Notes under the pieces: model-generated | The model's database searches: none | Told to the model about the DNA's origin: nothing | Seen by the model: only the letters and a program-made list of their open reading frames with translations | Made by a program: the position numbers and the translations under genes | DNA from: a virus | Lineage: Duplodnaviria > Caudoviricetes | Direction: 5' to 3' (one strand) | Virus record (IMG/VR): IMGVR_UViG_3300008954_000001 | Length of the DNA stretch: 64,000 nucleotides | In this document: piece by piece, positions 15,585 through 26,500 of the stretch | Layout of the letters: each line of letters opens with the position of its first letter | Numbering within the stretch: position 1 is the first letter of the stretch

Positions 15585-16211
15585 TTAAGCAGCCGCTTCG
15601 TCTGCTGTGGTGTCTTTCTTCTTCAAGACATGCTTGAACATCGATTCCCACAATGCGATTGCACTCGCACCTGACAGGAAGGCGGTGTACAGGGCTTCGC
15701 CCCAATGCACTGAGCCAAAAGCGAGGGAAGTTCCAAGAGAACTCACACAAGCCAAGCCCATCGTAACCCAAGGCACGGCGTTCTTAGGTAGAAATCCAAG
15801 AAGAGAGAAGGTCTTCGATCCAAAAGAGATGTTGAAGCGGCCAACCCATACGAAAAGCATGATGATCAAGCCAGCCAGAACGCCTTTGCCTTCTGCCGAA
15901 CCCTTATGCTTCCCGTCTTGGACATGGTTGAAAATCTGTTGAACCAGATTGAACCCTTCAGCGATCTCAAATTCACCCTCCTTAGGGGCATCTGCTGTTG
16001 GAGCCGTAGTTCCCTCAACGACCGCCTTGACGACTTCTTCGGTGGCTTCCTTCGCCTCCTTTGCGTCTGCCTCTTCACCAGAGGCTTTATCGGCATCATT
16101 GGCCACATCCGTAAGGGAGGGGCGTTCGCCGGGTACTGGCTCTTGTGCCATTGTGGGATTTGCGAAACATGCGAGAGCTACCACCAAGGCAGCGTGTTTT
16201 AGGAATTTCAT
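15585..16211 (-). CDS. Membrane protein with signal peptide, acidic linker and ~3 C-terminal TM segments (holin-like?)
   Basis: SD AGGAG; MKFLKHAALVVALACFANPTMA; hydrophobic segments GVLAGLIIMLFVWVG, VPWVTMGLACVSSLGTSLAF, ALYTAFLSGASAIALW; basic tail KHVLKKK. The holin role is speculation. Confidence 0.6.
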   Translation of the reverse strand: MKFLKHAALVVALACFANPTMAQEPVPGERPSLTDVANDADKASGEEADAKEAKEATEEVVKAVVEGTTAPTADAPKEGEFEIAEGFNLVQQIFNHVQDGKHKGSAEGKGVLAGLIIMLFVWVGRFNISFGSKTFSLLGFLPKNAVPWVTMGLACVSSLGTSLAFGSVHWGEALYTAFLSGASAIALWESMFKHVLKKKDTTADEAAA

Positions 16212-16213
16212 CG

Positions 16214-16471
16214 TTAGTCTCCTTTTCGAGTCTTATTCGTTCCAATTGCCCAAGGTGTAGCATCCTCAGGGATTGCACCCGGTAATACTACCCTTCCCTC
16301 AAGGGCATAATCCTTTCCGCCCGCAATTTCATCTAACCGCTTTTTTACGGCGGCTCGTTGCTGTTCGGAAAGAGCAGGGTTCAATAAGGCTCGCCTCAAT
16401 GACTTGCGCCACCTTTCTACGTGGGGAGACTTCTTTTTTGGGGAGATTTCTTTTGAGCTAATTCGGTGCAT
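16214..16471 (-). CDS. Small basic hypothetical protein (85 aa)
   Basis: TAATG overlap with the 1902-aa gene stop; ends 2 nt before the next start. Confidence 0.55.
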   Translation of the reverse strand: MHRISSKEISPKKKSPHVERWRKSLRRALLNPALSEQQRAAVKKRLDEIAGGKDYALEGRVVLPGAIPEDATPWAIGTNKTRKGD

Positions 16472-19400
16472 TATTCGTCCTCTCCCGGATAAGCGAGTGG
16501 GGGCATATGCGGGTCAGGTAGATCCCGTCTACGAGCTTTGTGCATCGGACGACCGTCAATACGGTATCGATCTGCTGCCGCATACCCTTCACCGAACCCT
16601 GTGGGGGAAATCTCCCCGCTCAAAGTAATTCCCTCTTGTAAGGTCTTGCCGTTACTGAGGACTCCATAAGTAACAATGAGGAGTTGGATCTCATCTCCGT
16701 CAGAACGCTTTTTCCCCACATGGGCGTTGGAAAAGGCATGTTCGTAGAAGTTCCTGACCAATATGGCCTTACATGCGAGGGCACCGCCCTTCATCATGGG
16801 ATCAAGAGATTTTGGCATCGAATCAGCTACCCAATCGATTGGGCCTCCTGGCTGATCCCCCGATAAGTTGAATACCGCCCCGCCGCCTCGATGGAGACGG
16901 AACTTCTTAACACCCGTATCCTCTGTGAAACCTTGGTAAGGGGCGTATTTGTTGATTGCCCCATCACTCATTGCGATTAACTCACCCGGCGCACCGAAAA
17001 ATCGTGTGTACTCTTGTCCGTTTGCTGCCAAAGGCAAAACATTCTGAACAGGGCGGATCGCTGATGTGCTGGTACGGAAAGCCGTAGCATTGTCTCCCAG
17101 CGGGTTTTCGCAAATGAAATCGGAGTCTTGAAGTAGGATTCCCAACGGCAATCGCTCGGTCATACCCGTCAGTCGAAGTTGGCTTTCTCCCAACCCTGCA
17201 TTGACAGGAATATCCATACCGCCAGCGAAGTTCGCCGCCGTAATGTGCTTAGGGTACTGCGTATTGTCGGTCGGAACTCGAATCGAAATGATTTGGTGCG
17301 CCATCGGAGAGTCTACATCGTGTACCCAATCAGGCCCAAACCCAACCTCAACACGCATTTGATTACCGATAGCTCCCGACTGTAGGGCTTCCAAAGTAAG
17401 GACATGCGAACCGTCCCAAGAACGGTTCCTTCCTCGACCACTGGTATCTAATGCCGATTGAAGTTCGGGATGGTGGCTAATCAGCATCCAAATGCTTTCC
17501 AAGGTGTTGTTCCAATTCTGGAACTCCGTACCCGTAGAATGCACTTTGAATTCGTTTGGACCCCATGGGCCAGCTTCCCAGTCAGCCTTTCCTGTAAAGG
17601 TAACTCGGCCCCCGTCCAAACGAGTAATCGTAATTTGGAAATCATGGAGAGCGGCCAACTGTTCAGGACTAATCCCAAAACGAAGCTCCGCTTGCGCCCG
17701 TGAAGGGTTCGTAATCTGCCCTTCCGTGTAGGCCCGTGATTGTACGTGCCACCGCCGAAAATGAACCGTCGCTTGATCTTCCGTGGGAACACGGATTGAA
17801 GAACCCGATGTTGGCTCAACTACGCCCACATCAAGTGCGGTGCCAGGGTATAACTTCCCTGCGATCTTGCCCGTTCCCATTGTCGTATAGAAATCCAAGC
17901 TGGCAAGGACTTCAAACCCACGAGGGTTCGGACGCTGAACCAGCAGGTTTCCATCTTCATCGAACTGTTTGATCGATTTAGATAGTTGATGGGTCTTTAG
18001 GAGACTTAGGCTTCCATACCGCTGTTGGTAATCATGCCTGTCAATAGAGTCTCCCGAATGGGTCATAAAAGGATCACCTTGATAGGGTGTCCGTGAGTAT
18101 GCGTTGTAGCCCGCATCGTTCTTGTTGGGGGCCGCTGGAACAACCATTTCCACATCAGCAAACTCGGCCTCTCCGAGAGACGCAAGGTCTTGGGGAACGC
18201 CTGAGTGTTTACGAGCAAGCACATAGTTATTCTTGTTGATAAACCCACGAGCAAAGCCGAACACCACACATTCAACAACATAGTCGAAATCATCAAAAGA
18301 ATGGCCGTCCCAATTCTCTGACAAGGTATGGTCAATGGCCTCACTTGGAATAATGTAGGTGTGGTCGTCTTCGTTGCCTGTGATACTCCCACCGTAAGTA
18401 CAAGTTGTCTCATCGTACTCGTACCCACCACCCTGTCGGATAAAGAGAGTCTGCTTGTCGGCATCTGTCTTTAGCAGGTTGGTTGGGGGGTTCTTAATCG
18501 GATTGATCCGAGCCAAATCCCCCGTAGCGTCAAACCCACCAGGAACATCGTCCTGTTGGTGCGCCTCGAATTCTTGTCGTTCGTAAACACCATACAAGCG
18601 AGCGATCCCGTAGTTCGGAGGAAGTTCAATACCTCGCATCCCGTAGCCGAGATCCGAAGAAATCACTTCGGGGAGGTAAACTTTCCTCGCCCCAATCGTC
18701 GGAGAAGCCGTCTGAGCGATCTGATTGCGAACACCATAAATGGTGTCTGTCTGAAACAATATCGGGGTTACTTGCTCATCTGTTGTAGAACCCTCGTTGT
18801 CCTCTCCGCCGATAATTGCGAATACATCTTCCGTCTCATTGGTGGAGTCCACGAAGAGATGGTTGATCCCAGACATGAAGGGGTCGTTGTCACCCACTCG
18901 CACATGGTACGGAATGTCCTGCCGCCCAAACTTCGGCATAACCTCTGGCGGAAGGGCAAAGCCCAACACCATGTTGGAGGTCCAAATATGTGCGGGATCT
19001 CGCAAGCTGTCTTTTGACAGCCCATGTGAATAAGTCTTTTCACCAATCAAAGAAGGGTCGGCTTCAGTTTCGTGTGTCCGAAGCGTCATTGTACGCCGTT
19101 GGAAAGGCCGCCAAATAACTGTCTTTGATCCGTGATCTACGAAAAGCTCGCACTCACGGTCCTGCTCAGACCGAAGAACAACTCGGCCACCATAATGAGG
19201 GGCCTCTGGAGCATTCCAACCCAAAGCAGGCAAATGGTTCCAAAGCTGAACGTGTGTCGGGCGATAATGCCGTTCTGTTTCAGGGAAAGAGGTGGCTCCG
19301 TTCCACTCAACATCAATTTCATTGATGTCGTTCCGAAGATAACTGGTCCCACCGTCCACAACCGCTACCCGCTCAATCTGATCGGGAACCCGTGTTGAAC

Positions 19401-22179
19401 CGCCCCTGGAAGGGCTGTACATAACGGAGCTTGTTAGGATTATGTTGGACTGAACAGGCTGTACTGGGGCGTTGGAGGAGCCAACATTGTCTACATGCCA
19501 CGGTAAGTCTTGCCCAATCCTGCCCTCAATATCATTCAACACAACACAAGCGGCTGAAACATTGTCGGAGCCTGAACCATCTTCTACGTGTGTGAACTGA
19601 GTTCGGATTTCAGCGGAAACCTTAAATTCGGCATTGTCCTCAATCCAATGGAACCCCGGCCCGTCGATGCTCCAGTCCCAGTCAGCACTCAAAGGAACCA
19701 CCGCAACGGAAGTGCTGTTTGCACAATCGTAATCTGTATAGCCAGTGTCTTTCCCCGCACCAATAATCTTGAAGGCCCCGTTATTCTGAGAGCCGCCATT
19801 ACTAACGTCTCCCCAAAGGACCAAATAAAGCTCACTGCTTTGTCCCGTGGAGTCTTGTCCATCGGCGGTCAAGAGACCGTAAAGGGTGTGTTCTCCCCGT
19901 AGTAGTGGCTGACCCACCTTATGAGGGTCATTCTCAATGGCCCCTTCATCGTCTAATGAGTGAAACAAGCCCGCATCATCAAAATCGATCCCAAGGTCCA
20001 CTTGGTAGAATTGACGCTCTGAACCGTCGTCTGCGGGATTCCTGAAAACAAGGGATGAGACAAGGCCCTCGGCAGAAGCCCCCGGCCAAGCAACGCCACC
20101 AAGAACAATAAAGGGGGTTTCAAACTTATGGTTACGCCATGGGAAAAACGGTCCTGGATGAGAATCCAGAATGGTTTGGCCCGTTTCGGTCTCAACCGTG
20201 GTCAATTCTCCGGGAGCGGCGGGTAGATGGATAGATTCGTCTTGGAAACGGATTGTCCATGGATATTGGTTTCCGTTCATAGGGTCTACTTGTGGATACC
20301 CCGCCTTCCAAAACTCCCGTGGCGATACAAACCTAACGCCTCGAACTTTTCCATTTCGGAAAGTTTGTCGGACTCCGCTACTGCCGTCCTGTCCTCCAAG
20401 GTGGAGGAAAATGACGCTTCCGTTGTTCCATCCAAGCGTCCCTTCACCATGCGCTTGCTTATTCATAAAGCCGGTGGGTCGAAGTTTTGCCTCAATCTCC
20501 CAGTTCAAACCTTCATCAAAAGTTGTGGAGGTGAACTGGTCTCCGTTTGTGCCGCCAAGAGTCGGCTCGAAGTCCAAGATAGCTGTCAGATTAGATTGGA
20601 TGACAGCGGCATCTGACCAAGTGGTTCTGACCCCATCGGGACCGTCAATGATTTCTACGTGGTCAGGGAAGTTCTCGCCCACGGGTGGGTCAAGGGCCGT
20701 CATATAATCCACATGATGGATCGTAGGGCCTTGGCACTCGTTTTCGGCGGCTCCCGCTTTCCAAGTTGTCCGTAGATCCCCACGGGCGAGGGCTGCGACA
20801 TTGTGGATAAGTAGCCGTTCGTAGTCCCAATCCCCGAAATTGATCCCACGGCGGAGATCTAAAACATCTCGTTCGGTGACTTGATCCGCATACAAACCAT
20901 CGGGCCGTACCCCATGTAGTTTGATCTTGGTCCCAGCGGGCCATCTGCGGGCCATGGTTCCACCACGCCCTCGGCTCGTAATCGTGAGCTTACTATTGCT
21001 GGTATCTGCGTTCGTGTATTGGACGAATTCTCTGTCGTTCCCTTCTCCAAACACCAAGAAGCGAGATTGTGGGTCATCCGATCCCGCTATAAAGAATAGG
21101 TAAGGGTCATCTAAACCACTACCAAGCAAATCCTCCACATCGATTTCGGCAGGGATCTCGGTCCCATCTTCATCAACCGCCCCAATATCAGGCGTGATTT
21201 CTGCGTGTAGGGTGCATTGAGTTAGAGGTACAGACCCATCTGGCGGGTTGGGTAAATAAGCCGCACCAGGAGTTCGTTCGGGCGCACCATTTTGGTTCGG
21301 CTCCGACTCATCGGGCATGATCGCTTTGTAGGGGTTTCCGTTTCGCCTGAACACGGCGCAAATCGGAATAGCGTAAACATACCCATCAATGGCCCCCAAA
21401 CCGTTATCGGGGTCGCCATCGCCCGCCCGCCATAAAGAGGGGTCGCCCATTTCCATTCGCATGTTCGAGAAATGGTGAGCCGCAGGGCTGTCTACTGGAG
21501 CATCGGCGGCACCTTGCGCCAAAATGTTCGGATCTTCAAACCCATCTGGATAAGCATCTAAAGCCGTGCCAGAGCCGTGTCCGTGTCCGTGTCCGTGAAC
21601 TCTAATGCGATATTGAAGCTGAACTCGTTCGGTGGTCTCAATGCCGATTGAGGGGTCTTGTAGGTCATCCTCAATGTTCACGCCTTGATGTTGGGTGTTA
21701 CCCCACTTATAGATTTCAGCCGCATTTGGCTTATTTTCTTCGGAAGGGTTCGGGGCTACGAGGCACCGCCACACCTCCAAAAAGACAAAATCAATGCGGG
21801 AATCGGTATTTGGGGGCGGCCAAAGTCGAATAATATTCTCTAAGGACTCGGAATCTACTCCAGCAACAGGGATAACCATCCCATCTACAACCGCATACAT
21901 ATGCGGTGCGCTCTCATCCGCTACTGTCTGACCGAAATGAAAGTGGTTTGCCCACAGGGGGTTAAACTTGTAGTCATCTGCGGATCTGGTTGGGTCAAGA
22001 AAGAATCCCGAATGAGCTTGGGATCGCACGGTCTGGCGTAGGGCCTCGAACTCCACTTGGCTCATGAGGTTTAACTCACTGTCCAGCGGAGGCTTACCCG
22101 ACTGCCAGACAACGGCGGAAAACTGTCGGGCCAGTGCCGACAGGGTGCGTGTTACGCCATTTCCGAAGTCTTCAGCCAT
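16471..22179 (-). CDS. Large virion structural protein (1902 aa), probable baseplate/tail component; paralog of 39998-43429
   Basis: N-terminal QSGKPPLDSELNL, DFVFLEVW, RVQLQYRIR, DGYVYAIPICAVFRRN, RPDG...DVLDLR. The Q.G...LD...N motif recalls DUF6519-like tail proteins. Located in the baseplate block. Confidence 0.6.
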   Translation of the reverse strand: MAEDFGNGVTRTLSALARQFSAVVWQSGKPPLDSELNLMSQVEFEALRQTVRSQAHSGFFLDPTRSADDYKFNPLWANHFHFGQTVADESAPHMYAVVDGMVIPVAGVDSESLENIIRLWPPPNTDSRIDFVFLEVWRCLVAPNPSEENKPNAAEIYKWGNTQHQGVNIEDDLQDPSIGIETTERVQLQYRIRVHGHGHGHGSGTALDAYPDGFEDPNILAQGAADAPVDSPAAHHFSNMRMEMGDPSLWRAGDGDPDNGLGAIDGYVYAIPICAVFRRNGNPYKAIMPDESEPNQNGAPERTPGAAYLPNPPDGSVPLTQCTLHAEITPDIGAVDEDGTEIPAEIDVEDLLGSGLDDPYLFFIAGSDDPQSRFLVFGEGNDREFVQYTNADTSNSKLTITSRGRGGTMARRWPAGTKIKLHGVRPDGLYADQVTERDVLDLRRGINFGDWDYERLLIHNVAALARGDLRTTWKAGAAENECQGPTIHHVDYMTALDPPVGENFPDHVEIIDGPDGVRTTWSDAAVIQSNLTAILDFEPTLGGTNGDQFTSTTFDEGLNWEIEAKLRPTGFMNKQAHGEGTLGWNNGSVIFLHLGGQDGSSGVRQTFRNGKVRGVRFVSPREFWKAGYPQVDPMNGNQYPWTIRFQDESIHLPAAPGELTTVETETGQTILDSHPGPFFPWRNHKFETPFIVLGGVAWPGASAEGLVSSLVFRNPADDGSERQFYQVDLGIDFDDAGLFHSLDDEGAIENDPHKVGQPLLRGEHTLYGLLTADGQDSTGQSSELYLVLWGDVSNGGSQNNGAFKIIGAGKDTGYTDYDCANSTSVAVVPLSADWDWSIDGPGFHWIEDNAEFKVSAEIRTQFTHVEDGSGSDNVSAACVVLNDIEGRIGQDLPWHVDNVGSSNAPVQPVQSNIILTSSVMYSPSRGGSTRVPDQIERVAVVDGGTSYLRNDINEIDVEWNGATSFPETERHYRPTHVQLWNHLPALGWNAPEAPHYGGRVVLRSEQDRECELFVDHGSKTVIWRPFQRRTMTLRTHETEADPSLIGEKTYSHGLSKDSLRDPAHIWTSNMVLGFALPPEVMPKFGRQDIPYHVRVGDNDPFMSGINHLFVDSTNETEDVFAIIGGEDNEGSTTDEQVTPILFQTDTIYGVRNQIAQTASPTIGARKVYLPEVISSDLGYGMRGIELPPNYGIARLYGVYERQEFEAHQQDDVPGGFDATGDLARINPIKNPPTNLLKTDADKQTLFIRQGGGYEYDETTCTYGGSITGNEDDHTYIIPSEAIDHTLSENWDGHSFDDFDYVVECVVFGFARGFINKNNYVLARKHSGVPQDLASLGEAEFADVEMVVPAAPNKNDAGYNAYSRTPYQGDPFMTHSGDSIDRHDYQQRYGSLSLLKTHQLSKSIKQFDEDGNLLVQRPNPRGFEVLASLDFYTTMGTGKIAGKLYPGTALDVGVVEPTSGSSIRVPTEDQATVHFRRWHVQSRAYTEGQITNPSRAQAELRFGISPEQLAALHDFQITITRLDGGRVTFTGKADWEAGPWGPNEFKVHSTGTEFQNWNNTLESIWMLISHHPELQSALDTSGRGRNRSWDGSHVLTLEALQSGAIGNQMRVEVGFGPDWVHDVDSPMAHQIISIRVPTDNTQYPKHITAANFAGGMDIPVNAGLGESQLRLTGMTERLPLGILLQDSDFICENPLGDNATAFRTSTSAIRPVQNVLPLAANGQEYTRFFGAPGELIAMSDGAINKYAPYQGFTEDTGVKKFRLHRGGGAVFNLSGDQPGGPIDWVADSMPKSLDPMMKGGALACKAILVRNFYEHAFSNAHVGKKRSDGDEIQLLIVTYGVLSNGKTLQEGITLSGEISPTGFGEGYAAADRYRIDGRPMHKARRRDLPDPHMPPLAYPGEDE

Positions 22180-22247
22180 GTTTTATATCCCCGTCATTCT
22201 CTGTTCATACTCTACACACATGACGTGTGTACCTACACGGGCGGGAG

Positions 22248-22264
22248 TATAAGGGGACAACCGA
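22248..22264 (-). promoter_or_regulatory. Candidate late promoter TCGGT-N7-TTATA (preceded by CCGTAA)
   Basis: Intergenic, 69 nt upstream of 22179. Confidence 0.55.
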
Positions 22265-22287
22265 TTACGGCCATTCAACGGACACCG

Positions 22288-23076
22288 TTAGAACATGATT
22301 GCCCAACCGAGAATTCTATACTTCTGATCCGTGCGGTTGAGAAAGGCAAGACGTAGTTTAGAGGCGGGTTCACAAAAAGCGATGGGTTCAAGCCGATGTA
22401 CTTTGAAATAAGCGGCCCCATCATTCACCGATAGAAGGACATCCAAGCCGTCAGGTTCTTGCTCAATAAAATTGAATACTCGCAAAGCTGGCTCATTCGT
22501 GCCTGCTTGGAAACCAAAATCCGTCATAATATCTTCTGTGGTGTCGATAGTAGTGATCAACCACCACACCATGAACTCATCGGCCCCACAATCATCGACA
22601 AAAGGAGCAATATCCAAGGTGTCTGTGATGAGGAGGCCCGGACGAGGAGGGTCTACGGTGTTGTTTTGTGGGAGTACGAGCGTTGATCCCGCCGCATTAC
22701 CCTCTTGTGGGCCAGGAACACGGCCAAGCTGCGCTCTGGACTTGTGGGCCAGCATAGGAGGGCCAACCTCGGTCAAGCCCGCCCCTAAGTCATAGTCTTC
22801 CACATCTTCGGGAAGGATATTGGGGCTGTAAACAATGTTCCCGTACATAGGGTATTGAGCCAACAAGCCTTCAAAGGCTTGAAACACAAGAGATTCGGGA
22901 GCATACGGGTTGGCTAAATCATCTGAGATGACCTTCGCCCCCGGCTCAATGTCGAGATCAGATCCTTCTGGCACGGGCAGAAGGTATCGCCCATTCACAA
23001 GCATCTGCTCACCAAGTTCGGGGGATTTCCCAACTTCGATTAGCTTATTGTCTGTGTAATTGACGATAACTTTCAT
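22288..23076 (-). CDS. Hypothetical virion-block protein (262 aa, acidic)
   Basis: ATGA overlap with the upstream gene; tiles the structural operon. Confidence 0.7.
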   Translation of the reverse strand: MKVIVNYTDNKLIEVGKSPELGEQMLVNGRYLLPVPEGSDLDIEPGAKVISDDLANPYAPESLVFQAFEGLLAQYPMYGNIVYSPNILPEDVEDYDLGAGLTEVGPPMLAHKSRAQLGRVPGPQEGNAAGSTLVLPQNNTVDPPRPGLLITDTLDIAPFVDDCGADEFMVWWLITTIDTTEDIMTDFGFQAGTNEPALRVFNFIEQEPDGLDVLLSVNDGAAYFKVHRLEPIAFCEPASKLRLAFLNRTDQKYRILGWAIMF

Positions 23077-23528
23077 TTTGACCCCCCCGTAGCGTATCGA
23101 TAGGCCACCTCTCTGGCGAAATTATCGACATTTTCTCGATACAGGGAAATGGCCCCATCTCGTTCTTGGGCAACGAGCTTTTCAATCGCCCTTGGGTCAT
23201 TACTAAAGGCTCGACCTCTTCCAGAGGTGGCGACTTTTGTATCTGCGGTCCATTTGATCTCGCCTTCGGGGTCTACAAAGCCGAGAACGGTGTAAGAAAT
23301 CGCCCCTTCTTCGTAAGGCTCCTGAAAGCTCACTGAACAAAATCCAGACCCAACTCGGATGTGGGGCTTGCTGCGGTATTTACGCCCAAAATGCTTACCC
23401 CAATACTCACACTCAATCTTGAGAGCATTAACCGGGGCGGCCAACTTCCAACGAGAGGCTACTTTCCGAGCTTGATGTCTTTTCAATATTTTCGGGATCA
23501 TTTTAGCCTTCCTCATCTCCAAGGACAT
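23073..23528 (-). CDS. Hypothetical basic protein (151 aa) with two A[RK][KE]VA.R[WY] motifs
   Basis: Overlaps the giant gene's 3' end by 26 nt; ATGA overlap downstream. Confidence 0.6.
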   Translation of the reverse strand: MSLEMRKAKMIPKILKRHQARKVASRWKLAAPVNALKIECEYWGKHFGRKYRSKPHIRVGSGFCSVSFQEPYEEGAISYTVLGFVDPEGEIKWTADTKVATSGRGRAFSNDPRAIEKLVAQERDGAISLYRENVDNFAREVAYRYATGGSK

Positions 23529-26500
23529 TCACATCAGTTGTCCATGCTGTGCCATCAGCGGTTTCCACATCAAAACTCAACTTGATATTACCGACCCAAG
23601 CTCCCGCACCAAGGGTGCCTTGCAGATTTCCACCTAAAGAGTTGTTGTTCGACGCATTGCCGGGACCTACGGCTACTTCAAGGTAAACCCTTGCTCCCGG
23701 AGGTAGCATTGATCCCGATGCGGCGGGGATACCGTAGCGTTCAAGGATTAACTCAAGCCAGTTACCCACCCGCATTTGTCGAAGCATCTCTGAACTCTCG
23801 ATAGGAACCGCTTCAAGGGTTTCGAGTTGACGACCATACCTACCAACTCGGAGGCGAGGATCGTTGTAATCAAGTTTTGGATTACCGGGTTGCTCAGTTG
23901 CCTTTCTGGGATGAATAGGCAACCTTGCCAAGAGACCTGACCCAACCTCTCCCATTGGCTCATGGTAAAAATCACCAACGGGAGTAAGCGCAATCGTGAA
24001 CCCGTGTGGGCATGAGTAGCCCGCTTCCAGGTTAGACTCGGCATAACTACCTGCTTCCGCTGTCGGAGGCGGGGGCATCGTTCCTGAGTGGGCCACAGTA
24101 AGACCCGTAAGGGTCGCCGCTGACAAAGACTGTGGATAGAAACCGGAGAACGCTTTCCCGTGAGGAATCAAACCACTTGTAAAGGCAGACCGTAGTCCCC
24201 CACCCGTCCTTGACTGTCGTGGGAAAACAGATGCTTGTACCCGACTGTACTTCGCATGACTAAAGACACCATCCAATTCTGTGGCATCATCTTTCCAACG
24301 AGCGAAGTCCATCCCGCCCCAAAGTACGGGGTTATAGGAGTTCACAAACAGGCCCTTATTAGCGTCCTGCATGTGAGCGGGAATGGCGAGCCAAAGGTCG
24401 GGAATATCCCACGAATGTAAGTGACCACTCAATCCCATCGAACCTGACCCCGCAAGGGTATTAGGGTCAAAGTAACTGAGGTCGTCTGGTCTTTCTGAAG
24501 CTGTGCCGAACCCGTACTCATAGAAACCACCAGACCAATCGGGCGTAGGGTTCCTGACGGGAGCGTTAAACTCATAGCTCTTCCTTGCGACTATGCTTGG
24601 TTTCGGACCAACCGTCACAAAGCGTTCCATGGTGTTTGGCATCATGTCACCAGCTTCACGGTTGCAATACAAAGGTACTACAATCGTTCCGCCGGGGAAT
24701 CTTTGTTGATGTGGGTCGTGCCTTGTCAGGCTGTTTGAATTGTGGGTGGTCGAAGCTGTGGGAGCACGGCCACCAAACGGGAACCCGCTGTTTCCTGAGG
24801 ATTTCGCAAAGTCGCTGCCATCATTGGCATCCCAAACTCGTGCTTGCGATCCTGGGATCTCCAAAATCAAGTTGAAGGCCATATACTGAGGGTCTAAAAC
24901 ATCGGCCCCCATCGCAGTGTTGGTTTCTAACGATGGTAGATAGCCGGGGGTTTCCCAAGGACGACGATCTCCACCAAGACCCGATGTTGCCGCTGGGTCA
25001 TTACCCCATACTCCGAAGTTCACCCAAAGACGGTTGAGTCGAACGCCTCGTGGTGCTCGCCCCGGATGTGGGCTGTTCAACCCTGATCCTGGAGCAATCG
25101 CTTGCGTAAAGGCTTCCGTCAAATCCACCTTCAAGGTTGGGGGTGGGTGATCCGCACCCGGCCCATTGGAAGCCCAAGCGGGCTGGTATAACTGCCACCA
25201 CTCACCTGCGGGCGACCACATATAAGTAGAGTCAATCGGAGTTAGCCATTCGGGGTTCGGAGCGGACCAACCTCCAAGTCCAAGCAGCCCCTCCATAAAC
25301 ACCTCTAAAACCAGCTTCAGAATATCCATCAGCTTTTCAATGAAAGCGACGACCAACCAAACCAGTTCGTAGATGATGTTTTCCAATACCAAGAGCTTCG
25401 CATACGCAATTTCAATTGCTTGGTCGGCGGAGATTGTTGTGCTCTCGAAGGCGTTAAGCAAGAACTCAAGAGTGTTACCCCCGTGGATCACAGCAGCGGC
25501 TTCGGCGGCCACCTGAGCCGCTTTATTTGCAAGGTCATTACTGATATCCGTAGCCCATCTGCTCGCCACATCGAGCATTGACGAATAGCAATAATCATCC
25601 AAAGCTGGGGACTCGAATTGTCCCAACATCGCTGGAAATACAAAATCCCAATCGCCCAAGGCGTACATATCGGCACTATGGTCAATCCAATCTGTATGCT
25701 TGAACTTATTCTTTAAGCGATTGAAGTCATTCTCGGCCAAGGCTTGTGCGGTGGTTGCGTCTGCCAGTTGGTCATTAAGAAGAGTAATCTGATCGTTGAG
25801 GAGCGTAAGATGCTCCATGAGTTCGAGCTTTTCTTGCTCCTTCTCCATTTTGTCTGCAAGCATCATGTTACGCACATGGACATGCTTTTGCAGATCCTGT
25901 TGGTGAGCCTTTCGATCCTGTAACAGAGTCCACACAGTCATGTCGTTAGCGTAGTGGTCAGCTTCGTGGTCGCTGTTCCAATCGTAGTTCGTCTGAAGGT
26001 CATCCTCGATTGCTTGAATCATGGTTTCGAGATTATCGATAATGGTGTCTTCTGCGGCGATCAGAGTAGCGAGGTTAGCAAGAATCGTGTCGATAGCAGA
26101 GATCTGAGCCGTTACTGTACTTGCGTCGGCAGTTGTCGCCGTAAGCTCTGCGGTAATCTGGAAAACGAGCTTCGTCGCCGCAACCAAATCCTCATCCGCT
26201 TTCTTTAGATAAAGCTCAAGAGCATCTTTCTTGGTCTTAAGATAGTCGATCCAAGATAGGACTTCTTGTTTGTCGCCTTTTAGATCCTCTAATTCGGCCA
26301 CTAAAATGTGGTAGTTGGCACTGACGGGATCTGCCAGACAAGCCTTTAGTAGTTGATCTGCGACAATAAGGTTGAAGAATTCAGTCAGTAGTTGGAGAAG
26401 AGCGGCGGCCAAATCCATTAAGGCCGTCAGCATCGGGCCAACAATCATGGCTACAATGTCGCCTACGAGCTGAATCATTTCAGCGGCGAGGATGGCTCCC

